Origin: Macrostomum lignano
Taxonomy: Eukaryota
Assembly: GCA_002269645.1 (NCBI GenBank)
Contig: NIVC01002207.1
Location: 46,402-110,401 of the forward strand
DNA length: 64,000 nucleotides
Direction of reading: 5' to 3'
The translations under genes were made by a program, and so were the position numbers. The notes under the pieces were generated by a model. It was given only the letters and a program-made list of their open reading frames with translations, did no database searches and was not told the origin of the DNA. Positions 37,170 through 49,045 of the stretch are shown here, in pieces (positions within the stretch are counted from its first letter, which is position 1; every line of letters starts with the position of its first letter).

Positions 37170-38210
37170 AAGAGTCGTTCTCCCTCATATTCCAATCTCC
37201 CATACCTTATATCTCATTTTCCTATATCTCACATCTCACATATCATTCTCCTATATCTCATATCTCACTCTCCTATATCTCATATCTCACTCTCGTAGAT
37301 CTCATATCCCACTCTCCTGTATCTCACATCTCACTCTCCTATATCTCACATCTCACTCTCTTATGTCTCACTCTCACTCTCCTATATCTCATTTCATTCT
37401 CTTATATCTCATATCTCACTCTCCTATATCTCATCTCTCACTCTCGTAGATCTCATATCCCACTCTCCTGTATCTCACATCTCACTCTCCTATATCTCAC
37501 ATCTCACGCTCCTATATCTCACATCTCACACTCCTATATCTCACATCTCACGCTCCTATATCTCACATCTCACACTCCTATATCTCATATCGCATATCTC
37601 AATCTCCTATATCTCGCATCTCAGTCCTATATCTCACATCTCACTCTCCTATATCTTACATCTCACTCTCCTATATCTCACATCTCACTCTCTTATGTCT
37701 CACACCCACTCTCCTATATCTCACTCACCTATATCTCATTTCATTCTCCTATATCTCATATCTCACGCTCCTATATCTCATATCTCACGCTCCTATATCT
37801 CATATCTCACGCTCCTATATCTCATATCTCACGCTCCTATATCTCATATCGCATATCTCACTCTCCTTTATCTCACATTTCACATCTCACTCTCATATAT
37901 CACATCTCAATCTCTTATATCTCACATCTCACTCTCCTATTTCTCATCTCGCTCTCCTACATCCCATTACTCTCCTATATCTCATATCGCACATCTCGCT
38001 CTCATATAACTCATCTCACTCTCCTACATATCAGATCTCACTCACGTATATCTTATATCTCAACCTCCTATATCTTATATTTGCTGTATCTCATCTCACT
38101 CTTCTATGCCTCATATCTCATATTTCATATTTCATATCCCATGTCTAATTTCTTACACTTCTATATTTCGCATTCATATCTCTCAAAAACTCATATTCCA
38201 TACCTCATTT
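37170..38210. repeat. Degenerate ~22-bp CT/AT-rich minisatellite (TCTCACATCTCACTCTCCTATA)
   Basis: Direct reading; explains the SHIS/LLYL ORFs. Confidence 0.9.
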
Positions 38211-38306
38211 TCTAGTCTCCCACATCAGAGAGAGAATTTCGCGCACTACTCTTAACAAAGCAACACCAACGCCCAATTTTTGACGCAATCGGAGACAGTT
38301 GCCGCC

Positions 38307-41300
38307 TCAGCGATTGGCCGCCGTCGTGGTCGCCGTCTTCGACACCGTTGACGATGTAGAGGAGGTCGCATTCTGCCTCGGCGATCGGCGAAGGCCTTTG
38401 CCGCCGGGCCGGTAGCTACTGGACTGCGAGTCCCCAGTTGATGGGGTCAGCCGCTCCAGCTGAAACAGACCGCCACTGCCGCCGCCGCCGCCGCCGCTCT
38501 CAAAGCCGTCCAGGGTCTTACGCAGCAGCTGCGCATGCTCCAAACGCATTCTGGGTCCGTCGGGCGAATTGGCCACCAACTCGGCGGTGGTCATTCTGGC
38601 CAACTGCTCGGTCCGGTTGATGCCAATGCGGGCAAACCTGTTGGCGTACTGGTTGAGGCCGATAAAGTGCAGCAAGTCGCTGGCATTGGTCGGATACAGC
38701 GACAGCTGCTGAGACTGCTGCTGCTTCTGGGGGGCATCGACACCCACTGCCTCCGTGGCCAGAGTGACCAGGCGGGGCTTGGCAGCTGAAGGCTGATGCG
38801 GCAGGCTGGCTGAGGCATCCGGCGCTGCGGAGACTTCGGTGGGCTGCAATGGTTCGGAGCGAATGACAGCGACATCAGTACCAATGGGAATGGGTGGGGT
38901 AGATGGTAGGGTGGATAGGGGTAGATGGTGGGGAGGATAGGGGTAGATGGTAGGGTGGATAGGGGTAGATGGTAGGGTGGATAGGGGTAGATGGTGGGGA
39001 GGATAGGGGTAGATGGTGGGAAGGATAAGGGGTAGATGGTAGGGAGGATAGGGGTAGATGTTGGGGAGGATAGGGGTAGATGGTGGGGAGGATAGGGGTA
39101 GATGGTGGGGAGGATAGGGGTAGATGGTGGGGAGGATAGGGGTAGATGGTGGGGAGGATAGGAGTAGATGTTGGGGAGGATAGGGGTAGATGGTGGGGAG
39201 GATAGGGGTAGATGGTGGGGAGGATAGGGGTAGATGGTGGGGAGGATAGGGGTAGATGGTGGGGAGGATAGGGGTAGATGGTGGGGAGGATAGGAGTAGA
39301 TGGTGGGGAGGATAGGGGTAGATGGTGGGGAGGATAGGGGTAGATGGTGGGGAGGATAGGGGTAGATGGTGGGGAGGATAGGGGTAGATGGTGGGGAGGA
39401 TAGGGGTAGATAGTAGGGTGGATAGGGGTAGATGGTAGGGTGGATAGGGGTAGATGGTGGGGAGGATAGGGGTAGATGGTAGGGCGGATAGGGGTAGATG
39501 GTAGGGAGGATAGGGGTAGATGGTAGGGCGGATAGGGGTAGATGGTAGGGCGGATAGGGGTAGATGGTAGGGCGGATAGGGGTAGATTCCGATGAAAACG
39601 GTGCCTAGGTCAAGATACATTCCACGCAGAGTCACTTGCGTCGCCCCAGAGTCATTTCAGAGTCGTTGCAGGCAACACAGGTAAAATACGAAAGGCGTCC
39701 GGAAAGTAGTGTTACTATATGATTTTTCGTTTGATTTCATAAAATTGTCATTTGATTTCGTCCATAGAAGTTGGCAGCGCGGCCATAGAGTCTATGGCAA
39801 TAAAGTGCGCTGTTTTCCAATTGAATTCATAACTTTGCCACTTCATTTCGACATACCCAGTAGAAAGGCAACAGAAAAGTCGGTGCGCTTGTCCAGTACA
39901 GAAAGAACTGTTAAAAACAGAAAGCTGTGTATTTAAGTCACATGAGGAAGTAGGCAGTTGCAACAGTGAAATCAGTTATGTCCGCCAAAGTTAATGCTCG
40001 TTCGCTGCAACAAGCTACAAATTTCACATTATCTGCTGCTCATTGATGCACAGGGGCAGAAACCGCATCACATGTCGTTCCCAGGCAAGGCAATTCGCGG
40101 CGGAAATTTCCTCTAGTGCAACGTAGCCGCAGCGGAAAAGCACCATGAGTCTCCACTGCGTTAGGTTGATGCCATCAGGCGGATTGCCAAGTTCCTGTTG
40201 AAGCTCAGGTGTTGCTAGCTGGCGTTTAAGCGAAGCCTTGAGACAACTGTGTGCCTGCTCCGCGGCGTTAAGAAATGGAGAATACGGTGGCAGAGTTCGC
40301 AGTTGAATACGATTGGCCGCGTTTATACGTTTCCAATGGACGCGTATGCAGCCATTTTTAGGCACACAAGGAAGGTGACTGTTGCCCAAGAAGAGGACAC
40401 GTTCATATAGGCTTTTCATTTCTATGAGAGGTTTGGCCATAGATATTCACCCACTGATATCCCAGCCCCCTCTGGCAGTGTTTGAGTCACTCCGCGCGTC
40501 AAGTCGAAATGAAGTGGCAAAGTTATGAATTCAATCGGAAAACAGCGCAGACTCTATGGCCGCGCTGCCAACTTCTATGGACGAAATTAAATGACAATTT
40601 TATCAAACGAAAAATCCTATATTACTTGGTGTGGACGTATGGAAAGTTGCACTTGCATGAGTTTGGTGTCATTTGAAAGCGGCAAGTCTCTTCTTTAAAA
40701 TGACGATTTTTCTCGCATGCATAAACTGTCTATGGCCAAATTCGATGCAGTAAATGAGAGGGGGCTGCCTCAGAAAACTAAGACTGCAGTTGCTGTGCTG
40801 AGTCAATAACAGTCTCGATCAATTGGAGAGCGAGGTTAGGAGGGTCCTGCTGAACCAGATTCCGAGAACTCTATACGCAGACGCCATCGACAAGATGCGA
40901 GACCGATGGGAGAAGTGCGTCATGTCTGGTGGTGACTACGTTTAGAAGACAACTCTGCCAACCGATGAGTGATTTTAACGTTGTTCGCTTGTATAACAAT
41001 TTTACTTGTTATCACCTGTTTCTTACTGTGCTTTTGTTGTGTTGTTTTGATTTTCTTGGAGTGATTAATAAAAGTTTTCTGCAGACACAGCTTGTGTAAG
41101 TCTATGACCGACCTTTCTCAACTTAATTATTCATATCTATTGAAGCACATATTCAAATCTCTTGCAATTGGTGTCATTTTAAAGAAGAGACTTGCCGCTT
41201 TCAAATGACACCAAACTCATGCAAGTGCAACTTCCCATACGTCCACACCGAGTAATAGTAACACTACCTTCCGGACGCTCCTCGTACAAAAGCAGTGACT

Positions 41301-44300
41301 CTAAACCGCTCTAAAATGACGAGATGTCGCGGTACAAGTCGCCAAGAAGTCGTCAAAGAGTCGCCTAAGGGTCAATTTTAAGGTTTTTATGTGTCTGCGA
41401 CTCAGGGGCCGTAGGGTCGTATCTGGGACGTGTCAGAGTCGCTGTAGAGTCACTGCGTTGCATTTAAAGTGCATCTGCGTCAATTAAATGAATGAGAATT
41501 GTACTTCCCATTTATATAACAACTCTATTAAGTTCACTTGAGTCAGTAGGAAGTTAAGCGCTAACATAACCATTTTCGGACAACTTTTTCGTAACTCTTT
41601 TACGATTCTGCCACTCACGCGATGCGCTTGTGATTCAACAGTCGCCCCTCGGTCGCATTTTAAGTCGAAAGAGTCGTTAAAAAAGTCACAAGAGTCGCCC
41701 CAGAGTCGCAGGTGGGTTCTTTGCAATGACCCTTCAGCGATTCTTGTCCCGTTTTCAACGTTTTCAACGGGGATGGTAGAACGGATAGAGGTAGATAGAG
41801 AGGGAATAGAAATAATTAGGCCAATTACAGGATTATAGCTCAAATAAGCTGTTTACAAAAAACAGCAATAAAATCTGCCTCGCACTGCATCGAGCAAAAG
41901 TACAATGAATTAGAGAACGCAGGGCTGTAAAAAATGAAACGAAGTCTGAGTATGTTTACAGCTGCTGTTAGTTCAAAGAACCCTTCCCTCAGCATAGAAA
42001 TTTAAATGTCCTAGCGTACTCAAAAACGTAGCACGTTTCACACTGCAAAATAACAAAATCCACCCCCGCTCCTAGACAGTCTACTATGAGTAGAAATGCA
42101 GGCTCAGCTCACCTCGTGTCTCACTATAATGGTTGGCTGGCTGGACAAAAGCGGAGGCGTGGGATGGGCAGCGGAACTGGCAGCCACAGCCGGCGCCGGC
42201 GCAGCCTGATGCTCTGGCTGCTGCTGCTGGAGGGACTGGCTAAGATTAAAACTCCAGCTGTTATTGGCTGTCCCAGTGCTGGGATTGGTAGAATTTGACA
42301 GCAGTCGCAGGAGCATGCCAAGCGTGTCAGTTCGATTAAGCGACTGCTGCTGCTGCTGCTGCTGCGACTGTTGCGACTGCTGCGACTGCTGCTGCTGTGA
42401 AGAAGTCGCTAACGGTACCGAAAGCATGGGATTGCCCAGCATGGGATTGCCGCTGCTGTCCGAGGACGAGCCCTGGCTGCTGCCAACAGGCGGGGTGGTC
42501 AGCCCCGAGGCGCCGAATAGCAGCTGCTGAGCCTGCCGATGGCCCTCTAGCAAACCTTGAAGCAGCAGGGCCCCGTACTTGGCGTGGAAGGCTGATTGGA
42601 AGTGAAGGCCGATAAAATTCGAATTCTCTTCGTAGGAGAGAATGACTGTCTCGCAGCCAAAGAGCAGCTGCTGCTGCTGTGGAGGAGGCGGTGGAGGCGG
42701 CGCTGGCTGCGGCGCTGGCTGCGGCGGCGGAGTCGGGGGCACCGAGTCGTCCTCAGGCGGCAGGGGGCGCTTCGTTCCTGCCAGCTTGCTGCTCTGATGC
42801 TGCGTTTTCTTCATGTGCGAACAGCCGGCTGGGCAGCCGATCTGCTCTTGGCTGAGCAGCTCGCACACCTCGGCAATGAGATCGCGGTACGGCGAGGCCA
42901 CGGCGCGGACGCGGAAGGCGAATCGGCCGGCGAATTGCCAGTCGCCTCGGCCAGCCGGAGCGGCCTCCAGGCAGACGGTGACGCAGATGCCCTTCTTGCT
43001 GCCGCGGTCGACGTGCGAGCTGGGGCAGGTGATGGTCATCGGCACAGACACGTCAGCCTGGCTGCTGTCGGGGTGCACCGGCGGGCTGACGGTCAGCAGG
43101 CCCAGCACGCTGCTGTCTCCCAGGCAGACGTACTGGGCCGCTGATGTCAACAGCAGAAGAGCGGAATTGTAGTGCGCGGACAGCGACTCGGGGCCGCGCT
43201 GTGCGTACACGGACCCGATTTTAGTCGGCAGCCGCCGGTTGCCGCTCTTCGAATTGGTGCCGTCATAGATGCCGCGCGCGTGGGCCTCGGCGCACTGGGC
43301 GCACTCGCGCAGGCTGGCCGACTTGTCGAAGATGAACACATTGAACACCATCCGGTATTGAAAGCGCCGATCGTAGCGGAAACTGCGGAATGAACATTGC
43401 TGCTCACACTGTCACCTCACTCCCTGTACCCCTGCTCTCACTGCCACCTCACTCCCTGTACCCCTGCTCTCACTGTCACCTCACTCCCTGTACCCCTGCT
43501 CTCACTGTCACCTCACTTCCTGTACCCCTGCTCACACTGTCACCTCACTTCCTGTACCCCTGCTCTCACTGTCACCTCACTCCCTGTACCCCTGCTCACA
43601 CTGTCACCTCACTTCCTGTACCCCTGCTCACACTGTCACCTCACTCCCTGTATCCCTGCTCACACTGTCACCTCACTCCCTGTATCCCTGCTCACACTGC
43701 CACCTCACTCCCTGTATCCCTGCTCACACTGCCACCTCACTCCCTGTATCCCTGCTCACACTGCCACCTCACTCCCTGTACCCCTGCTCACACTGCCACC
43801 TCACTCCCTGTACCCCTGCTCACACTGCCACCTCACTCCCTGTATCCCTGCTCTCACTGTTACCTCACTCCCTGTATCCCTGCTCACACTTTCACCTCAC
43901 TCCCTGTATCCCTGCTCACACTGCCACCTCACTCCCTGTATCCCTGCTCTCACTGTCACCTCACTCCCTGTATCCCTGCTCACACTTTCACCTCACTCCC
44001 TGTATCCCTGCTCACATTGCCACCTCACTCCCTGTATCCCTGCTCACACTGCCACCTCACTCCCTGTATCCCTGCTCACACTGCCACCTCACTTCCTGTA
44101 CCCCTGCTCACACTGCCACCTCACTCCCTGTATCCCTGCTCACACTGCCACCTCACTCCCTGTATCCCTGCTCACACTGCCACCTCACTCCCTGTATCCC
44201 TGCTCTCACTGTTACCTCACTCCCTGTATCCCTGCTCACACTTTCACCTCACTCCCTGTACCCCTGCTCACACTGCCACCTCACTCCCTGTATCCCTGCT

Positions 44301-45394
44301 CACACTTTCACCTCACTCCCTGTATCCCTGCTCTCACTGTCACCTCACTCCCTGTATCCCTGCTCACACTTTCACCTCACTCCCTGTACCCCTGCTCACA
44401 TTGCCACCTCACTCCCTGTATCCCTGCTCACACTGCCACCTCACTCCCTGTATCCCTGCTCACACTGCCACCTCACTTCCTGTACCCCTGCTCACACTGC
44501 CACCTCACTCCCTGTATCCCTGCTCACACTGCCACCTCACTCCCTGTATCCCTGCTCACACTGCCACCTCACTCCCTGTATCCCTGCTCACACTTTCACC
44601 TCACTCCCTGTATCCCTGCTCACACTTTCACCTCACTCTCTGTACCCCTGCTCACACTGCCACCTCACTCCCTGTATCCCTGCTCACACTTTCACCTCAC
44701 TCCCTGTATCCCTGCTCACACTGCCACCTCACTCCCTGTATCCCTGCTCTCACTGTTACCTCACTCCCTGTATCCCTGCTCACACTTTCACCTCACTCCC
44801 TGTACCCCTGCTCACACTGCCACCTCACTCCCTGTATCCCTGCTCACACTTTCACCTCACTCCCTGTATCCCTGCTCACACTTTCACCTCACTCCCTGTA
44901 CCCCTGCTCACACTGCCACCTCACTCCCTGTATCCCTGCTCACACTTTCACCTCACTCCCTGTATCCCTGCTCACACTGCCACCTCACTCCCTGTATCCC
45001 TGCTTACACTGCCACCTCACTCCCTGTATCCCTGCTCACACTGCCACCTCACTCCCTGTATCCAAGCTCAAAGGGTTACAAAAACTCTTTATATACAAGA
45101 ATACCTGGCCACCAGAGACACCTCGTCCATTGGTTTTAGCCAAAGTGTGGGTATCACATCCGGGTGCTTGAGTATCTGGCAGTGAGCGGAGGCCGTGGCG
45201 CTGACAAGAGCCTCCTGGATCAGGGCCTGGTCCTGCGCTGACCAGCCCACAAAACAGTGCGGCACGCTGCTGCTCTTATTAAACCGATCGTGCAGCGTGG
45301 CACCCAGACTGGCCCGATTCTTAATGTCCACCCGGAACTCGTAGCTGCCGGGGTCGTCCGCTGTTTTGAAATATTCCTCACAGTTGGCATGCAT
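38307..45394 (-). CDS. Divergent p53/p63/p73-family transcription factor with C-terminal SAM domain. Exons 45394(acceptor 45417)-45105, 43382-42113, 38843-38307; ~698 aa; 5' end uncertain
   Basis: Colinear matches to the p53 DBD: PGSYEFRVDI (QGSYGFRLGF), LRECAQC (VRRCPHH), ITCPSSHVDRGSKKGICVTVCLE ([22 protein letters not shown]), GRFAFRVRAVASPYRD (GRNSFEVRVCACPGRD), AGTKRPLP (GSTKRALP NLS); SAM-like LLHFIGLNQYANRFARIGINRTEQL. Splice phases are consistent (2, then 0). Confidence 0.85.
38895..39587. repeat. G-rich 22-bp minisatellite (GGGGAGGATAGGGGTAGATGGT), ~31 copies, in the last intron of the p53-like gene
   Basis: Direct reading; the degenerate unit resumes after 41772. Confidence 0.95.
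39687..41286 (+). mobile_element. Internally deleted mariner element with ~115-bp TIRs, nested in the CACTA-like element
   Basis: TACGA..GCGTCCGGAA.GTAGTGTTACTAT ends with TA; transposase C-terminal remnant LYADAIDKMRDRWEKCVMSGGDYV at ~40880-40945. Confidence 0.88.
39718..40619 (-). mobile_element. IS630/Tc1-family element (~135-bp TIRs, TA TSD) inserted in the left TIR of the mariner; DDE transposase C-terminal fragment at 40024-40440
   Basis: LPPYSPFLNAAEQAHSCLK motif; TIRs TA(T/G)GATTTTTCGTTTGAT...; TA duplication at 39716-17 and 40620-21. Confidence 0.9.
43400..45060. repeat. 32-bp minisatellite (CCTCACTCCCTGTATCCCTGCTCACACTGCCA), ~52 copies, filling an intron of the p53-like gene
   Basis: Direct reading; source of the 580-593-aa spurious ORFs. 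Confidence 0.97.
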
Positions 45395-45544
45395 GCTGAC
45401 GTGCTCTCTTTGCCCTTCTAGTTAATAGCAAGACAGAGATTAGGCTGGACAGAGATTAGGCTGTTTTGAAGGTCATTAAGAAAGCCAAAATTTGCTCTAC
45501 ACGATGCTCTACGCGATGAACGCGTTAATAAATACGGTATTATG

Positions 45545-45830
45545 GCTGTTGCTATGCGAACATTTGATGTTGCTAGGCTAAAATGGCTGTTTCTATGCGA
45601 ACATTTGATGTTGCTAGGCTCAAACGGCTATTGCTATGCGAAAATTTGATGTTGCTAGGCTCAAACGGCTATTGCTATGCGAACATTTGATGTTGCTAGG
45701 CTCAAACGGCTATTGCTATGCGAACATTTGATGTTGCTAGGCTCAAACGGCTATTGCTATGCGAACATTTGATGTTGCTAGGCTAAAACGGCTGTTGCTA
45801 TGCGAACATTGATGTTGCTAAGCTAATATT
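45545..45830. repeat. 41-bp minisatellite, ~7 copies
   Basis: GCTATGCGAACATTTGATGTTGCTAGGCTCAAACGGCTATT, period 41. Confidence 0.93.
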
Positions 45831-46314
45831 GATGTTGCTATGCTAGTTATCATATTTGCATGCAATGAATTTCAATAAAAAATAATTACACGTTAATTAC
45901 TAACAACTTCTAGCTCCTGTATAAGAAATAAGGAACATCTAATTAGATTACTCTAAATAGTCAGAAAGAGTAACTCAAATTCAGTAAAAATTTATTTTTA
46001 AAAAGCTATGCAAATTTCTATGAAATTTTTATTTCATTAAAATATAGCTCGAATATAATTGAATCAATGTATCAAAGTTGCCAGCAAAGACCAGCATGAC
46101 CGTTGATAAAATACTTTGCTTTATTGGCATTGCACGCAGATAAGTTAGTTATTTTTCTGAAATGAAAATCAGAATACAGTGATTATCATAAAATCATTCT
46201 AATCATAATTTAATCAAAGAATGAGTGACAAATTGAGAAATGTTGAAAATGGCAACACACGAAATCTGTTAAATCGTATGCAACAACATAGCAATATGCA
46301 ACTCCAGCAGCCTT

Positions 46315-46557
46315 GTTGCTAAGCTACCATCCCAGTTGCTAAGCTACCAACCCAGCTGCTAAGCTACCAACCCTGTTGCTAAGCTACCAACCCAGTTGCT
46401 AACCCGCCAACGCAGTTGCTAAGCTACCATCCCAGTTGCTAAGCTACCATCCCAGTTGCTAAGCTACCATCCCAGTTGCTAAGCTACCAACACAGTTGCT
46501 AAGCTACCAACACAGTTGCTAACCCGCCAACGCAGTTGCTAAGCTACCATCCCAGTT
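46315..46557. repeat. 20-bp minisatellite (GTTGCTAAGCTACCATCCCA), ~12 copies
   Basis: Direct reading. Confidence 0.93.
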
Positions 46558-46647
46558 TCTTAAGTTAAAAATTCCGTTGCTACATGAAATCTAAAATGTA
46601 TGTTTCTATGGTAAATTGGCTTGACCACTCGCGTCAATAAACAATGC

Positions 46648-48099
46648 CTATAGCTCAAACAGGGCAGCCTGTGGCACTTGTCCGCGCAAAGCGTCGCGAA
46701 TCTGGTCCAAGCAGAGCCGCTGCATACTCAGCCGAGTCTGGCTCGTATGCGTGCCAAAGTGCGGCGTCACCCAGACGTTCAACCGGCTGTCGGACAGCAG
46801 CGGATGCTCGGCCGGCAGCGGCTCCGGCTCGGTGACGTCCAGCCCGGCAGCGGCGATGACGCCGGAGCGTAGGGCAGTCAGCAGAGCCTCCGTGTCGACG
46901 AGGCCGCCGCGGGCCACATTGATGAGGGTCGCAGTCGACCGCATCAGCCGCAGAGTGTCGGCATTGATCATGTGCCGCGTGTCCGGGCCGAGCGGACAGG
47001 CCAGCACTACGAAATCGCAGCGTGGCAGCAGGTCGGCCAGGCTGGCGCAGTACTGCAGCTGGCCGCCGAGCTCCAACTCGAGCTGCGGCTCGGCCCGGCG
47101 GCGCTGATAATAGTACAATCGGCAGCCGAAGCCCAGGCCGCAGCGGCGTGCTACGCAGCGGCCGATAGCGCCGAGGCCGACGATGCCGACGGTGGCGCCG
47201 GCGAGGTCGTTGCCAAGCGGCACAGCGGAACCGCCCCAGCTGGGCTGCTGGCCGGCCGGGGTGCGAATGTGTTCGAATACCTGGCGCTGACTGCGGGCCG
47301 TGTTCAGAATGTGCAGCAGGGCGGCGTCGGCGGTGGACTCGGCTATAACGCCGGGCGTGTGCGTTACTAGGATACGGCGAGATCTGCAAATAAAAATGCA
47401 GATAAGAGTTTTCTTGAGAATTTATCTAATTCTTACAAACGATGGAAACACAACTGGCAGTGCCGTAGCAGCAGGACTATCAAGGAGAGAATCAGTAGCA
47501 GGCTAGTAGAATTCACGGATGCAGGGATAGACCTAGACGGGAAACTTGATTTCTAAGAAAATCTTTTTTGAAGGCTGACATTTCGCGGAAATGCACTACC
47601 GAGAGATGCTCATTTCAAATGCAGAGGCATGAAAGGCACCAAAACAGGTATTAGGGCACCAAAACAGGCATTAGGGCACCAAAACAGGCATTAGGGCACC
47701 AAAACAGGCATTAGGGCACCAAAACAGGTACTAGGGCACCAAAACAAGCATAGAGGTATTTAAATCAGGCATTAGAGGAGCGAAAATATCCATAAATTGA
47801 TTTATAAACAGATTGAGGTGTATTTCTCACCTAAACATCTCCTGATTGATGTGCTCAACTCCAACGCCGTGATTGGCTGCAATTTTCAAATTCGGCAGCC
47901 GATCCAGCACTTCGGGGCAATCAATATAATTGGCCACCACGCAGATGACAGCGGCCGAGATTTCCGGCCACTGCCGCTGCGGCTCTGACTCAAATTCGTC
48001 AGTTGTCACTAAGCGAAAATGGCGCCCAGCTTCGGCTAGGAATTCGGGCAACAATAAGCCGCTCCGCTTGGGGATGAGCAGGCCGGGCAGCTCAGCCAT
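46648..48099 (-). CDS. D-2-hydroxyacid dehydrogenase, glyoxylate/hydroxypyruvate reductase (GRHPR)-like. Exons 48099-47831 and 47383-46648; 334 aa
   Basis: Motifs NHGVGVEHI, VTHTPGVIAESTAD, GIVGLGAIG (Rossmann fold), LINVARGGLVD, AGLDVTEPEPL, TPHFGT; junction AG|gtgag..cag|A (phase 2). Confidence 0.95.
47635..47748. repeat. 20-bp repeat (GGCACCAAAACAGGCATTAG) in the dehydrogenase intron
   Basis: ~5-6 copies. Confidence 0.9.
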
Positions 48100-48374
48100 C
48101 TGCGGACATGCACCGACAAACAAGTTGTTGTGGCGTGACAAATTTTAAATAACATTTATTTTATATATATTATATTACTCTCAGGCATTTTCTAGTGTTT
48201 CTACTACAAGTAGGGTAGCTAAAAACGTCAATTATAATAATATCGGGCGGCCAAACCCAATTACTCCAAAACTAAGCTGACATCCCATCTGAGTTCCACT
48301 TATTGTTAAAATTAATTGCCAATTTTTGGCATATAAGATTGGCTAGGATAAAAATATTTCTACAACATCATCCA

Positions 48375-49045
48375 TGGGATGGCCAATATTTGCCATAGAC
48401 ATTGACAGCTCTCACTTACCCAATGGGATAGCAAATATTTGCCATAAAGATTGACAACTCTCATTTTACCCAACGGGATGGCCAATTTTGCCATAGACAT
48501 TGACAGCTCTCATTTACCCAATGGGATAGCCAATATTTGCCATAAAGATTGACAACTCTCATTTTACCCAACGGGATGGCCAATTTTGCCATAGACATTG
48601 ACAGATCTCATTTACCCAATGGGATAGCCAAGATTTGCCATAGACATTGACAGCTCTCATTTACCCAATGGGATAGCCAATAATTGCCATAAAGATTGGA
48701 CAACTCTCATTTACCCAATGGGATAGCCAACATTTGCCATAGACATTGACAGCTCTCATTTATCCCCATGGGATGGCCAATATTTGCCATAGACATTGAC
48801 AGCTCTCATTTACCCAATGGGATAGCCAATATTTGCCATTGACATTGACAGCTCTCAGTTACCCTATGGGATGGCCAATATTTGCCATAGACATTGACAG
48901 CTCTCAGTTATCCAATGGGATGGCCGAGATTTGCTATAGACATTGACAGCTCTCATTTACCCAAATGAATGGCCAAGATTTGCCATAGACATGGACAGCT
49001 TTCATTTATCCCCATGGGATGGCCAAGATTTGCCATAGACATTTA
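48375..49045. repeat. ~49-bp minisatellite (ATTTGCCATAGACATTGACAGCTCTCATTTACCCAATGGGATAGCCAAT), ~13 copies
   Basis: Direct reading. Confidence 0.94.

Larger units (their letters stand above)
39588..41771. mobile_element. CACTA/EnSpm-like non-autonomous element inserted into the minisatellite
   Basis: Termini TCCGATGAAAACG / CGTTTTCAACGGG; 3-bp TSD GAT (39585-39587, 41772-41774); many subterminal AGAGTCG repeats; removing it restores the repeat unit GGTAGATGGTAG. Confidence 0.75.

Noticed and set aside
33196-38215. Long LSIY/SHIS ORFs (201, 220 and 409 aa)
   Set aside because: They are translations of the (TATC)n and CT-rich satellites.
38844-39635. Pro-rich N-terminal half of ORF 38307-39635
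   Set aside because: It is the 22-bp intronic repeat; only the part from the acceptor at 38843 is treated as exon.
43390-45171. 593-aa and 580-aa Cys/His-rich ORFs
   Set aside because: They are read-throughs of a stop-free 32-bp minisatellite that lies within a GT-AG intron of the p53-like gene on the opposite strand.
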